Assembly: GCA_035462205.1 (NCBI GenBank)
Contig: DATHUN010000449.1
Location: forward strand, 1-40,110
Source: Anaerolineales bacterium
Lineage (GTDB): Bacteria > Chloroflexota > Anaerolineae > Anaerolineales > Villigracilaceae
Direction of reading: 5' to 3'
Length of the DNA stretch: 40,110 bases
Shown one piece after another: positions 28,152 through 37,210 of the stretch. The position numbers and the translations under genes are program-made. The first letter of the stretch is position 1, and each line of letters opens with the position of its first letter. The notes beneath the pieces are model-generated. The model saw nothing but the letters and a program-made list of their open reading frames with translations, ran no database searches and was not told where the DNA came from.

Positions 28152-29234
28152 ATGACGCAAATTTTTATCAGCTATTCGCGCAAAGATATTGCCTTCGTCC
28201 GCAAGCTGGCCGGCGATCTGGAAACCGCCGGCTACGATGTCTGGTGGGACGTTTCCAATCTACGCGGCGGTGATGATTGGGTGCGCGTCATTCCAGAGGC
28301 GATCCGAGCCAGCGACCATTTCATCGTTGTTCTCTCGTCCAATTCGGTGGCCTCGGAATGGGTGGAAAAAGAATACACCCAGGCGCTTCATCTGCGACGG
28401 CGGATTATCCCCGTTATGCGCGAGCGCACCACAGTCCCGTTCGCCCTCAACACGCTCAATTACATTGACTTTACGACCGGGGATTATGCCGCCAGCCTGA
28501 ACCAGTTATTGACCACACTGGGATATACAGGCGAACCGGTCGTGCCAGTCACAAGCCCGTCGGTCTTGCCCGGTACTTTGTATTGGATCCCCCTTTTTGT
28601 CGCAGGCATGATCTTGTTGGCGCTCCTATCCATATTCCGCTTCCACCCGCCGATGACACCTACAGCAACCCCTACGCTCATGCCATCCTTCACCCCAATT
28701 GTGATTCCAACGCATACGGCTACAACAACTCTGAGTCCGACGGCGAGCGTCACACCGACAGTAACACTTTCGCCCACACTCACACACACGGAAACAATCA
28801 CGCCCAGCCCGACGCGGACGCCTAGCCCCTCTGCCACGAACCTGCCTTTCGAATCTCTGGTTTTTTGTGTTAACTCCCAGTACGCAAACACGATCAACGT
28901 CCGCTCGGGCCCTGGCACCATCTACGCAGTCCTGGGGGAACCCCTGAAGGTAGGTACTTGCTTGACTTTCATGGCCCGCAACGAGGAGGCAACGTGGTTG
29001 CAAATCGGGCCTGTGCAACTTAACCCCGTATTGGACCAGTATATCGGTGGATGGATCTTCCGCGAATTGTTGGGGCTTGGCACCCTCGGTCCCATTGACC
29101 TTCCGGCGGTCACTCTCACCGCAACATCCACGCCCAGCAATACTCCGACCATCACGCCGACCTTCACTCCTTCAGAAACGCCCTCGCCAACAGAGACACA
29201 GATCCCGACCGAAACCGCCAGTCCCATTCCTTAG
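28152..29234 (+). CDS. TIR domain - single TM - Thr/Pro linker - SH3b-like membrane protein
   Basis: IFISYSRKD, VWWD, SEWVEKE (catalytic Glu position), IIPV; TM LYWIPLFVAGMILLALLSIF; INVRSGPGTIY. Confidence 0.88.
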   Translation: MTQIFISYSRKDIAFVRKLAGDLETAGYDVWWDVSNLRGGDDWVRVIPEAIRASDHFIVVLSSNSVASEWVEKEYTQALHLRRRIIPVMRERTTVPFALNTLNYIDFTTGDYAASLNQLLTTLGYTGEPVVPVTSPSVLPGTLYWIPLFVAGMILLALLSIFRFHPPMTPTATPTLMPSFTPIVIPTHTATTTLSPTASVTPTVTLSPTLTHTETITPSPTRTPSPSATNLPFESLVFCVNSQYANTINVRSGPGTIYAVLGEPLKVGTCLTFMARNEEATWLQIGPVQLNPVLDQYIGGWIFRELLGLGTLGPIDLPAVTLTATSTPSNTPTITPTFTPSETPSPTETQIPTETASPIP

Positions 29235-29347
29235 CCCCATGCTGGTCATCTAGTAAAATCCCTATCCAGTAACCCAGGGTGGAAATGGGAAGGGTTTATA
29301 ATCGCAAAGCTGTACTAAGTGCCGCCTACCATTGTAAGGTGCAATCT

Positions 29348-30058
29348 ATGCCAGATATGCAGTATTTTCAGGAAGAGGGTCGGTTTCTCGAGCATGCGTG
29401 GGATGTATACCGGGATTACTTTGGTTCGCGCAGCAATTTCGTAGAGCAGTACAAAAAAATTCCAAACGAGGAACGCAAGAATCTGTTTCTGATGATTGTT
29501 TCGGGGTACAAGCATCTGGTTCGGGATGGGGAATACACACTGGTTGAAAATTACCAGCGTCTGTATATCAGTCACCTGGATCAAACCTATAAATTCATAT
29601 CGATCATGTCGCTGATCGAGGCAATGTTTGCGGATGAAGAGTATGTTGATTTTTACCAGTGGCTGACGAAGAGGAAGCACAGAAGGCTGATCTTTCCGAT
29701 TGCCGATGCCCAGGCATTGGAAGATCTCTACCGCGAATACAAACTGAATTTCGGCGCAAAACGAGCCGTCCGGTTTTTCAGTGAGCTGGATGAAGCCGCA
29801 CAGAGCTTTCTCGCAACGCGCATCAAGATCAACAATCGTTACAATCCTGCCGAAATAGTAGCGCAGAAGCTGTACACCATCCGTTCTGAATTCGTCCACC
29901 AGGCGCGAGTGATCCTCGAGTTAAACGATGGGCTGATGTACTCCCAGCGGGGAGGCAATATGATATATTCGATGCTCTCGCTCAAGGATCTGCAACTGTT
30001 ATTCGAACATGGGATTCTGTATCACTTTTGCATGAACCCCGATTATCGCAAGATTTAA
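29348..30058 (+). CDS. Hypothetical protein with HEPN-like motifs
   Basis: ISIMSLIEAM helix and LYTIRSEFVH (R-x4-H); start uncertain (29279 or 29348). Confidence 0.65.
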   Translation: MPDMQYFQEEGRFLEHAWDVYRDYFGSRSNFVEQYKKIPNEERKNLFLMIVSGYKHLVRDGEYTLVENYQRLYISHLDQTYKFISIMSLIEAMFADEEYVDFYQWLTKRKHRRLIFPIADAQALEDLYREYKLNFGAKRAVRFFSELDEAAQSFLATRIKINNRYNPAEIVAQKLYTIRSEFVHQARVILELNDGLMYSQRGGNMIYSMLSLKDLQLLFEHGILYHFCMNPDYRKI

Positions 30059-30068
30059 TCTCCTGCAA

Positions 30069-30240
30069 TCAATATTTCCTGGCGATGACTGTAAAGATAT
30101 GCCAGTGCTTCGGTCCGCTGACCGCATTGCCATCTTCATCCATTTCATGGAAATGCTCGCTCTCGAAGGCTTGCAGCAGATTGCGAACCTGTTCTTCCGT
30201 GTGAAATGTCTATCCGGTGCATTTGCCCACGAATCCCGTG
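30069..30240 (-). pseudogene. Frameshifted C-terminal relic of a class I SAM-dependent methyltransferase
   Basis: RDSWANAPD / frameshift / TFHTEEQVRNLLQAFESEHFHEMDEDGNAVSGPKHWHIFTVIARKY*. Confidence 0.65.
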
Positions 30241-30244
30241 CACA

Positions 30245-30265
30245 AAACCTTTCGGCAGAATGACA
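30245..30265 (-). repeat. End of a GTCA-tagged element at the truncation point of the methyltransferase relic
   Basis: ...GGCAGAATGACA matches the CAGAATGACA terminus at 19981. Confidence 0.45.
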
Positions 30266-30269
30266 TCAA

Positions 30270-31028
30270 CTAGAAATCTCGCCTGCGTTGAATGATGCTA
30301 AAGATTCCGAATCCGACTGCGAAGGCCGCGGCGACCCAGGCGGGGATGGCGACCGAAGGCTCACCAATCTGTTTGATCGCGATCCCGGCGAAGGACCAAG
30401 CCAGGACAAAGGCGTAAGCGCTGTCCCGACGCGCGAACGTCATGATGAGTCCCAACAGGGATGCAACCACGATCATGATGACTGCCCACGTTTGTGGTGC
30501 GATCCCAAATCCATCCCAGTTGATGAAATAAAGATAATCGCTAATGTTGGCAATCGTGGCAACCGAGATCCAGCCAAGGTAAATGCTGAATGGAATATCC
30601 ACCGACCACTTTTCGGTGGTGCTGACAGGGGTTCGGCCGACGTTGAGCCTCAGATACGAGACAATCAACGAGATCAGCAAACCAAGCATCACCAGCACGC
30701 TCAACCCGAACTGGTTGTAATGCCAGCAAAACAGCCAGGCCGCATTGAAGACACCGCTCCAGGCAAACCAATATCCCAAATTTCGTAAGCGCGGATTTTC
30801 ACGTTGGGCGGGTCGCGCCTGGTAGATGGCAAAAGCGATCCAGCCAAGATAGATGATGCCCCAGATGGCGAAGACATATCCCGCCGGGACAAAGTAGACC
30901 TTAAACCGATCGGAGATCTCGCCGGTATTCTGCCCGTTTAATGGCAGAACGCTGGCAAGAATGTTGACGGTGAGTGCGAGCGCGACCGAAAGAATATTAG
31001 CAAGCTGACGGGTGAAGTCCTTTGTCAT
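30270..31028 (-). CDS. Tryptophan-rich sensory protein (TspO/MBR-related) membrane protein
   Basis: FVPAGYVFAIWGIIY, NAAWLFCWH, PFSIYLGWISVATIAN; GAGGAG RBS. Confidence 0.82.
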   Translation of the reverse strand: MTKDFTRQLANILSVALALTVNILASVLPLNGQNTGEISDRFKVYFVPAGYVFAIWGIIYLGWIAFAIYQARPAQRENPRLRNLGYWFAWSGVFNAAWLFCWHYNQFGLSVLVMLGLLISLIVSYLRLNVGRTPVSTTEKWSVDIPFSIYLGWISVATIANISDYLYFINWDGFGIAPQTWAVIMIVVASLLGLIMTFARRDSAYAFVLAWSFAGIAIKQIGEPSVAIPAWVAAAFAVGFGIFSIIQRRRDF

Positions 31029-31144
31029 TTTCCTCTCCTCATTTGAAATCTAGTGCAGAGACATGTCCATCATAAGGATTATTACTGTCAATTGCTATCA
31101 GCCTTGCCTGCGCAGTTGGGCTTGATGTCCTATTTCGATGCACG

Positions 31145-31356
31145 GCGATTATGAGCATGGGTGTGACTTGTCCAGGAGCCGTCGCGGCCAAGCCTCAAAA
31201 TACAGCCGATAAGATGGCTTACCCAGCAAACATATCTATGGGCGCCCACTTCCCGCAATGGATCATGGCACACCTCAAATATGTCAGGATGACCTGGACT
31301 ACAACTCATTCAATGGACATGGTCAGATCAATGCCTTGCGTGCGATCACACCGTAA
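31145..31356 (+). pseudogene. Frameshifted C-terminal relic of an S8 (subtilisin-like) peptidase
   Basis: IMSMGVTCPGAVAAKPQNTADKM... then, in another frame, CQDDLDYNSFNGHGQINALRAITP*. Confidence 0.6.
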
Positions 31357-31506
31357 TCGCCTGTGTTTGAAATACGGGGCAGAGCTAGAGGTCTGGCTCT
31401 GCCTTTTTGATTCTAAAAACTGGCATGTAACTTTCTCTATAAATAACTTAATGAATCAGGGATATACTTTTATTTGAAAAAAGTCTGGTATCCATAAAGT
31501 TAGCAC

Positions 31507-31520
31507 AGAACAGCGGTTCT
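31507..31520. promoter_or_regulatory. Perfect LexA-type box AGAAC-N4-GTTCT
   Basis: AGAACAGCGGTTCT, intergenic, 155 bp before the phosphoesterase gene. Confidence 0.4.
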
Positions 31521-31675
31521 GATTTTCGGCGAGATTTTTGGCGGGGCAACATCCTTGGCATTCTTCTCTTATGGCATCGGTTTGGATGAAGCGGGGCCAA
31601 TGGGCGCGTCACGTTCCCTGAACGACGGTCGCCCACGATCATGAACGCCGTCTGCTGATCACCAAGGATGGTTAT

Positions 31676-32638
31676 ATGAGAAGTGTCCAGTTATTCAAAA
31701 TCGTGTTTGTGTGTTCCTTGTTCTTATCCGCTTGCGGAGCCATTCCGCCTGCAGCCCCAGCACAATTCCCCACAACCAATCCGTCGGCGCCTATCAGCGC
31801 AGACAAACCCTGTATCGGCGCTCCTGCACCTGCCCAGTGGAAGCATATTGTCGTTTTGATGTTCGAGAACAAGAGGTACGACCAGGTCATTGGTCCCGCG
31901 CCCTATATCACTACTCTCGCGCATAAATGCGCGACCGCCCTGAACTGGACCGACTCGAATAGCAAGGTGGACGGTTCCGTGGATGGGAATTACAAATCCA
32001 AGCCGAGCTATGCCACACTGACCAATGGGCTCTCTCCCTCCGCGCACGGATTGATCGACGACACCTACACTACCACCACGAATGTCGATAACCTCTACCA
32101 GCAACTCCAAGAAGCGGGACAATCGTTCAAGGATTACTACGGAGGGAAAGCAGGCGGATGCAGTGTTCGATTCAGTGGGGATTATCACGACCCGATCCGC
32201 TATTACACCAACGTAGCCAACATTTGCGATGCACATGATGTGCCGCTCTCTACATTTCTGTCGGATGTGAGTAGTGGCAACCTGCCGACCTTCTCGATGA
32301 TACTTCCCGAGAAGAGCCATACGATGCATGACAATAGCATCAGCGATGGCGATGCATATGCACAGAGCATTCTAGAGCCATTGCTCAACTCGCACGAATA
32401 CGCGGAAGGCAATCTCGCAGTCTTCTTCCTGTGGGATGAGAACACGCCGATCCCGAATGTGCTGCTCGCGCCGTCCATTGTTCCAGGCACCCAGATCAAG
32501 GTCACATCGGGAAATCCAATTTCTCACTTCTCGGCCCTGCGAACATGGGAGGAAATGTTAGGTTTGCCTCTGCTTGGGGATACGAAACAGGCCCCCAGTC
32601 TCTTGCGCTATTTTGATGGAGGCAGCATTCTTCAATGA
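31676..32638 (+). CDS. Phosphoesterase family (acid phosphatase/PLC-like, alkaline phosphatase superfamily) lipoprotein
   Basis: LSAC lipobox, KHIVVLMFENK, SKPSY, MHD, WDE, SHFSALRTWEE. Confidence 0.82.
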   Translation: MRSVQLFKIVFVCSLFLSACGAIPPAAPAQFPTTNPSAPISADKPCIGAPAPAQWKHIVVLMFENKRYDQVIGPAPYITTLAHKCATALNWTDSNSKVDGSVDGNYKSKPSYATLTNGLSPSAHGLIDDTYTTTTNVDNLYQQLQEAGQSFKDYYGGKAGGCSVRFSGDYHDPIRYYTNVANICDAHDVPLSTFLSDVSSGNLPTFSMILPEKSHTMHDNSISDGDAYAQSILEPLLNSHEYAEGNLAVFFLWDENTPIPNVLLAPSIVPGTQIKVTSGNPISHFSALRTWEEMLGLPLLGDTKQAPSLLRYFDGGSILQ

Positions 32639-32948
32639 TTCATCATTGGAAACGTTTCTGAATTTATTCGTTTCCTGCGGTACGGAGATGATAAGAATTC
32701 CGCGCTCCAAGCGCAAGCCCGATGAACGGGCTCTTCCCCAAATCCGACAGCACCTTATGTGGAATTTACATATGAATTTTATGTCGTATTTGAGGGCACC
32801 TAAAGGTATGCTGCGCGAAGATGTCCGAAGGACAGAGGGGGCCGCTCATCGAAATCGACCCGGCGAACCATAGTAGAGTGAAATTGGTGTAAGAGTTGGA
32901 ACATAGGGAATTGTATTGGGTTTAGTAAGCTTTGGATCATTCCCTGTC

Positions 32949-33362
32949 TTATTCTGAGCCTGACTGATTATTGTTAGCCACCACAATTCCTGTATGCCGA
33001 AACACCAGCCAGTAAAAAAACAGTGCCAAGATCACATATACAATTAGCATCAATAAAATAGGGACATTCAAGCTGTTGGAGAAAAAATACTTCGCGAGAA
33101 CAAGAGTCCCGCTAAAGAAATGGGCGAAATTTGCCAGGGAAACAGGACGTGCGTAGATACCACCGATGATGCTGTCTTTGGCTGTCCAGTTCATCAGCGC
33201 AATGGAAAAATACAATGTTCCGATCACTTGAACCAACACAGACAAAGGCTTTGTGATCGTTGCCCCCAGCATCACCAACACACTTTCGGGCGCGAATAAA
33301 GCCACTATGCCTGCCAGCCCAAGCACCAGACTTGTAGTTGTCATCAAGATTTTTGTGTTCAT
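32949..33362 (-). CDS. Hypothetical 4-TM membrane protein
   Basis: 137 aa, four hydrophobic helices, IGGIYARPVSLANF. Confidence 0.75.
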   Translation of the reverse strand: MNTKILMTTTSLVLGLAGIVALFAPESVLVMLGATITKPLSVLVQVIGTLYFSIALMNWTAKDSIIGGIYARPVSLANFAHFFSGTLVLAKYFFSNSLNVPILLMLIVYVILALFFYWLVFRHTGIVVANNNQSGSE

Positions 33363-33511
33363 AGATAATATCTTAGGGAAGTGATGTAGTGTTCTTGATA
33401 ATACCCCATCTCGCGCTTAATCATCGCATGGGGTAAATCTCGCTCGGCACATAAAAGCCCGCACCACGTTATGACTTCCGCAATCGATGCCATTTCCCAT
33501 GTGTGACCACC

Positions 33512-33814
33512 TTAGTGTTTTTTCTGCTGGTCCTGCTGGCGCAGTTTCTGTTTCTCAGCCTGCTGTTGTTCCAGTTTGAGTTGCTCCTCTCGCCGTTGTT
33601 TCTGTTTCTCGACCTGATGCTGTTCCAGTTGCAATCGTTCTTGTTGTTTTCTTTTTTGTTTAACTACTTGTTCCTGCTCCAGTTGCAACTGCTCCTGCCG
33701 TCGCAATTTCTGTTTCTCTTCCTGTTCCTGGTCCAGTTGCTCGCGCTCCCGCTGGCGTTGTATTCGTTCCTGTTCCTGTTGTCGCTCCAGTTCCTCGCGT
33801 GATTTCTGTGTCAT
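33512..33814 (-). CDS. Gln/Glu/Lys/Arg-rich low-complexity coiled-coil protein
   Basis: AAGGA RBS; 100-codon open frame of almost only Q/E/K/R/L. Confidence 0.55.
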   Translation of the reverse strand: MTQKSREELERQQEQERIQRQREREQLDQEQEEKQKLRRQEQLQLEQEQVVKQKRKQQERLQLEQHQVEKQKQRREEQLKLEQQQAEKQKLRQQDQQKKH

Positions 33815-33875
33815 TGTGATTTCCTTTATAAATATTGGGATGGCGCCCATCTTTCCACCGTCCCAATTACGATTG

Positions 33876-36800
33876 CTAAAGTTTCGCGAACCTCGATACC
33901 ACCTTCGCCGGGGTCGCCGGGCGATCCATCACACCGCCCTGGTGGATCCCGATCGGCGTGCCTTCCTTGGTGTAAGCCTTCTCCAGATATGCCTGACCGG
34001 TCAGGTAGCGGTCGCCATCGATGGCACAGGAGGTGACCCAACCGATGCGCTCGCCGTTAGCATTAATCACCGGATCGCCGTTGTGTGCCATACGGACGCG
34101 CTGCTCATCGAAGCGGAAGCGGATCACGGTGGCCTTGCGTTGCTGCTCGCGAGCAACGTAAGCATCGCGCCCGATGAACCACGGCTTGTACGGCTTTACA
34201 TACGAGCCGAACCCGCCTTCGGCAACACCCAGATCGCGTTCGCCGAATTTGCCGGAGCCGAGTCCCATTTCGTGACCGTACAAGGGCAAGCCTGCTTCGG
34301 TGCGCAATGAATCGCGCGCGCCCAAACCGATTGACTTGACGCCAAACGGCTCGCCCGCTTTGAGGATAGCGTTCCAAAAGTCCGCGGCGCGCTCGGGGTG
34401 GACGAACAACTCAAACGCCATCTTCTCGCCGGTGTAGCCCGTGCGTGAGACGATCAGATCGAATCCACCAACCACCGCATCGCACAATTCGGTTCTCTTT
34501 AACTTCATAATGCGTGCCTTCGCCTCACTATCTACGCCCATGGCGAGCAAAATATCACGGCTCTTCGGTCCCTGCAGAGCAATGTCGACGCGCATATCCT
34601 CGCCAGCCCGCGGGTCGCGCAGGTTGCGGATCTGGGCTTCATAGCCATATGTCCGTGCCCAGGGCCGGGCGCTATCGATACAAACCTTCCCGTCGCGCAC
34701 CGATTCAAACCAGGTGCGATCCTTGTCATCGTTCGAGGCGTTGACCACCACGAGATACTTGTCCCAGTCGCGGCGATAGACGAGCGTATCGTCGATCACA
34801 TCCGCCTCGGGCGTCAGGAAATGTGAATACAGGCTCTCGCCGGGCTGCAGTCCGCCGCAATCGTTGCCGCAGATCGTATCGAGGAACGACGCCGCGTCGG
34901 CGCCGCGCACTTCGTACACACCCATGTGCGAGACGTCGAACAGCCCCGCCGCATGGCGCGTCGTCAGGTGCTCCTCATATATGCCCGAATATTGCACCGG
35001 CATCTCCCATCCGGCAAACGGGACCATTCGGCCACCCAGATCGCGATGGACTTGATTCAACGCCGTTTTCTTTAGTTCACCTTCGGTTTCTATCCACATG
35101 AATGCCGGCAGCGGTTCCTTCTGGACCTCCGATCCGATTCCGATAAAGTAAGGCTTATCCTCGCTGACGGGATTCCCTGCTCCGGGGTAAGCGCGCTTGA
35201 TGCGTGCCTTCTTGGTCTGGCTGACGGTGAACGGACCGGGCATGCGCTTCTCACTGAAGTCCTTTTCGCCGTCCAGTTTGAACGAGGTGTATCCATCCGA
35301 GAGATCGCGCAGCCAGGTCGCAACCACGGATGCCTTCTTAACCGGGACGAGCAGCTGGTACGCCTGGTCATCCACTTTGACGAGCGAGGCGCGCACAATG
35401 CCCATCGGCGTGGCGATCTTGGTCGCCTGGCTCTTTCCTTTTTTGAGCGCCGAGAGATCGGAGGAAACAGCGTAATCCAAGACCTGTCGTATCCGCGATC
35501 CTTCGAGATCGAAGATGGCGAGATCCTTGGCTTTGACTTTGTCGTCTATATAATAGAAGTGAGGGTAGCCACTTTTCTTGTACTTGAAATCAATGCCGGC
35601 GTTCTCTGCCATTTCTCGCACTTTCAACTTGGCATCTTCCAAAACCTGGAAATCAACTTTAGCGCGGCGCTGCCTGCCTTTGTGCGGCGTGTCGACTGCA
35701 TGCGGCGCGCAAGCTAGCAGCACATCTGCCATAATATCTGTCAGCTGGCGCGTGTCTTTTTCGCCGAAGCCGCGCTGCGTGATCCATGGCGTGCCGAGGC
35801 GGATCCCCGATGGATCAAGCGAATTCTTGTCGCCGGGGATGGTGTTGCGATTAGTGACAATGCCGGCGATGTCTAAAATGCGGGCGGCTTGATCGCCGGT
35901 CAAAGCAATTCCATCGGGAGATTTGACCGTGGTCACATCGACGTTGACCAGGTGGCTATCCGTGCCGCCAAACGGGACGCGCAGTCCGCGCTTCTGGAAC
36001 TGGTCCGCCATTGCTTTGGCGTTCTTGACCGTTTGCTCTTGCAGCTTCTTGAACTGTTTGGTCTGGGCAAGCTTGAACGCCAATGCCAGTGCGGCGAAGA
36101 CATTGACATGCGGTCCGCCCTGCTCGCCGGGGAAGACGGCTTTATCGATCTTCTTGGCAATTGCCGAGTCGGTCGTGAGCAGCACTGCCCCGCGCGGACC
36201 ATCGAGACTCTTGTGCGTGGTAGACATCACCACGTGAGCGATGCCGACTGGCGATGGCACCACACCCGCCGCAACCAGCCCGCCAATGTGCGAAATATCC
36301 GCCAGGAAGTACGCGCCGACCTCATCGGCGATCTCGCGGAATTTCTTCCAATCGGGAACCCAGGAATACGACGAATAGCCGGCAATCAAAAGTTTTGGTT
36401 TGGCTTCGAGCGCCTGCTCACGAATTTTGTCGTAGTCCAATCGTTCATTTTCATCGACGGTGTAATGGATCGCCTTGAACCACTTCCCTGAGCGGTTGAC
36501 CGACGAACCATGCGAGAGATGCCCGCCATGCAGCAAGTTGAGTCCCATGATCGTATCGCCCAGGTTGACCAATGCCTGGTAGACCGCGTTATTGGCCGGG
36601 GCACCGGAGAGCGCCTGGACGTTGACAAAGATTTGGTCGGCGCTGAATCCGTTCGCGGCAAACGCTTCGGCAGCACGGCGGCGAGCGAGCGCCTCGACCA
36701 CGTCCGCGTATTCGACGCCCTTGTAGTAGCGCGGGTCGCCATTGCGGCGATAGTCAGCCAAACGCGCCGGGTAGTCCAAAATTTCCTCTTCGGACATCCA

Positions 36801-37001
36801 GCGCGTCTCATCTTCGGGGTAGCCTTCGGCGTAAATATTCTGGAAGGCAGAACTGAGCGCTTCTCGCACCGCCATCGGTGCCGTCGATTCGCTCGGAATC
36901 AGGATCAATTTACGGGCTTGTCGTTCCGCTTCGAGCTGGGTCAACTCGTAGACGTCGGGGTCGAGCTTGGCGAGGTCGCCGCGGAATAGATAATCGGACA
37001 T
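33876..37001 (-). CDS. glyA-gcvT: Fused serine hydroxymethyltransferase - glycine cleavage T protein
   Basis: SHMT: YAEGYP, GGHLSHG, STTHKS, FPGEQGGP, SGIRLGTP; GcvT: MVPFAGWEMPVQY, LFDVSHMG, SRTGYTGE, GARDSLRTEAG; single 1041-aa ORF. Confidence 0.92.
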   Translation of the reverse strand: MSDYLFRGDLAKLDPDVYELTQLEAERQARKLILIPSESTAPMAVREALSSAFQNIYAEGYPEDETRWMSEEEILDYPARLADYRRNGDPRYYKGVEYADVVEALARRRAAEAFAANGFSADQIFVNVQALSGAPANNAVYQALVNLGDTIMGLNLLHGGHLSHGSSVNRSGKWFKAIHYTVDENERLDYDKIREQALEAKPKLLIAGYSSYSWVPDWKKFREIADEVGAYFLADISHIGGLVAAGVVPSPVGIAHVVMSTTHKSLDGPRGAVLLTTDSAIAKKIDKAVFPGEQGGPHVNVFAALALAFKLAQTKQFKKLQEQTVKNAKAMADQFQKRGLRVPFGGTDSHLVNVDVTTVKSPDGIALTGDQAARILDIAGIVTNRNTIPGDKNSLDPSGIRLGTPWITQRGFGEKDTRQLTDIMADVLLACAPHAVDTPHKGRQRRAKVDFQVLEDAKLKVREMAENAGIDFKYKKSGYPHFYYIDDKVKAKDLAIFDLEGSRIRQVLDYAVSSDLSALKKGKSQATKIATPMGIVRASLVKVDDQAYQLLVPVKKASVVATWLRDLSDGYTSFKLDGEKDFSEKRMPGPFTVSQTKKARIKRAYPGAGNPVSEDKPYFIGIGSEVQKEPLPAFMWIETEGELKKTALNQVHRDLGGRMVPFAGWEMPVQYSGIYEEHLTTRHAAGLFDVSHMGVYEVRGADAASFLDTICGNDCGGLQPGESLYSHFLTPEADVIDDTLVYRRDWDKYLVVVNASNDDKDRTWFESVRDGKVCIDSARPWARTYGYEAQIRNLRDPRAGEDMRVDIALQGPKSRDILLAMGVDSEAKARIMKLKRTELCDAVVGGFDLIVSRTGYTGEKMAFELFVHPERAADFWNAILKAGEPFGVKSIGLGARDSLRTEAGLPLYGHEMGLGSGKFGERDLGVAEGGFGSYVKPYKPWFIGRDAYVAREQQRKATVIRFRFDEQRVRMAHNGDPVINANGERIGWVTSCAIDGDRYLTGQAYLEKAYTKEGTPIGIHQGGVMDRPATPAKVVSRFAKL

Positions 37002-37023
37002 GTATTTTTAGTCTCCTTAAGGA

Positions 37024-37098
37024 TGTCATTCTGAGGGAGCGAAGCGACCGAGGAATCTGTGTGGGAATATGATACTCTTCGCTTCTCTCAAAGTAACA
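37024..37098. repeat. GTCA-tagged palindromic element in the glyA-gcvT leader
   Basis: TGTCATTCTGAGGGAGCGAAGCGACCGAGGAATCT...CTTCGCTTCTCTCAAAGTAACA. Confidence 0.75.
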
Positions 37099-37170
37099 TG
37101 TATTTGGTGTTGTCAGGCAATTGAATTGTAGAACGGGAAAGGGCAAGGGTCAAGTGAGAAATGACATCAA

Positions 37171-37210
37171 ACAACCGTAGGGAACAACAACTCCTGTTCC
37201 CTACGGTTGT
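37171..37210. repeat. GTAG...CTAC REP hairpin at the 3' end of the RAYT
   Basis: ACAACCGTAGGGAACA-acaactcc-TGTTCCCTACGGTTGT, 16-bp perfect stem. Confidence 0.85.

Noticed and set aside
28152-30058. Calling the TIR locus Thoeris, CBASS or Pycsar
   Set aside because: No ThsA (SIR2/Macro/SLOG), cyclase or other hallmark partner is present, and the TIR is membrane-anchored.
31151-31477. 108-aa ORF as an intact gene
   Set aside because: Better explained as a frameshifted S8 peptidase relic that reads on into non-coding sequence.
32640-32948. Possible further gene relic or sRNA between convergent genes
   Set aside because: Short open stretches exist, but I could not recognise any family or stable structure.
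33503-33802. Very hydrophobic Leu/Phe-rich plus-strand ORF
   Set aside because: It is the antisense shadow of the Q/E/K/R-rich ORF, which has the RBS.
37002-37200. Glycine riboswitch upstream of glyA-gcvT
   Set aside because: No glycine aptamer motifs recognised; the structure there is explained by palindromic repeats.
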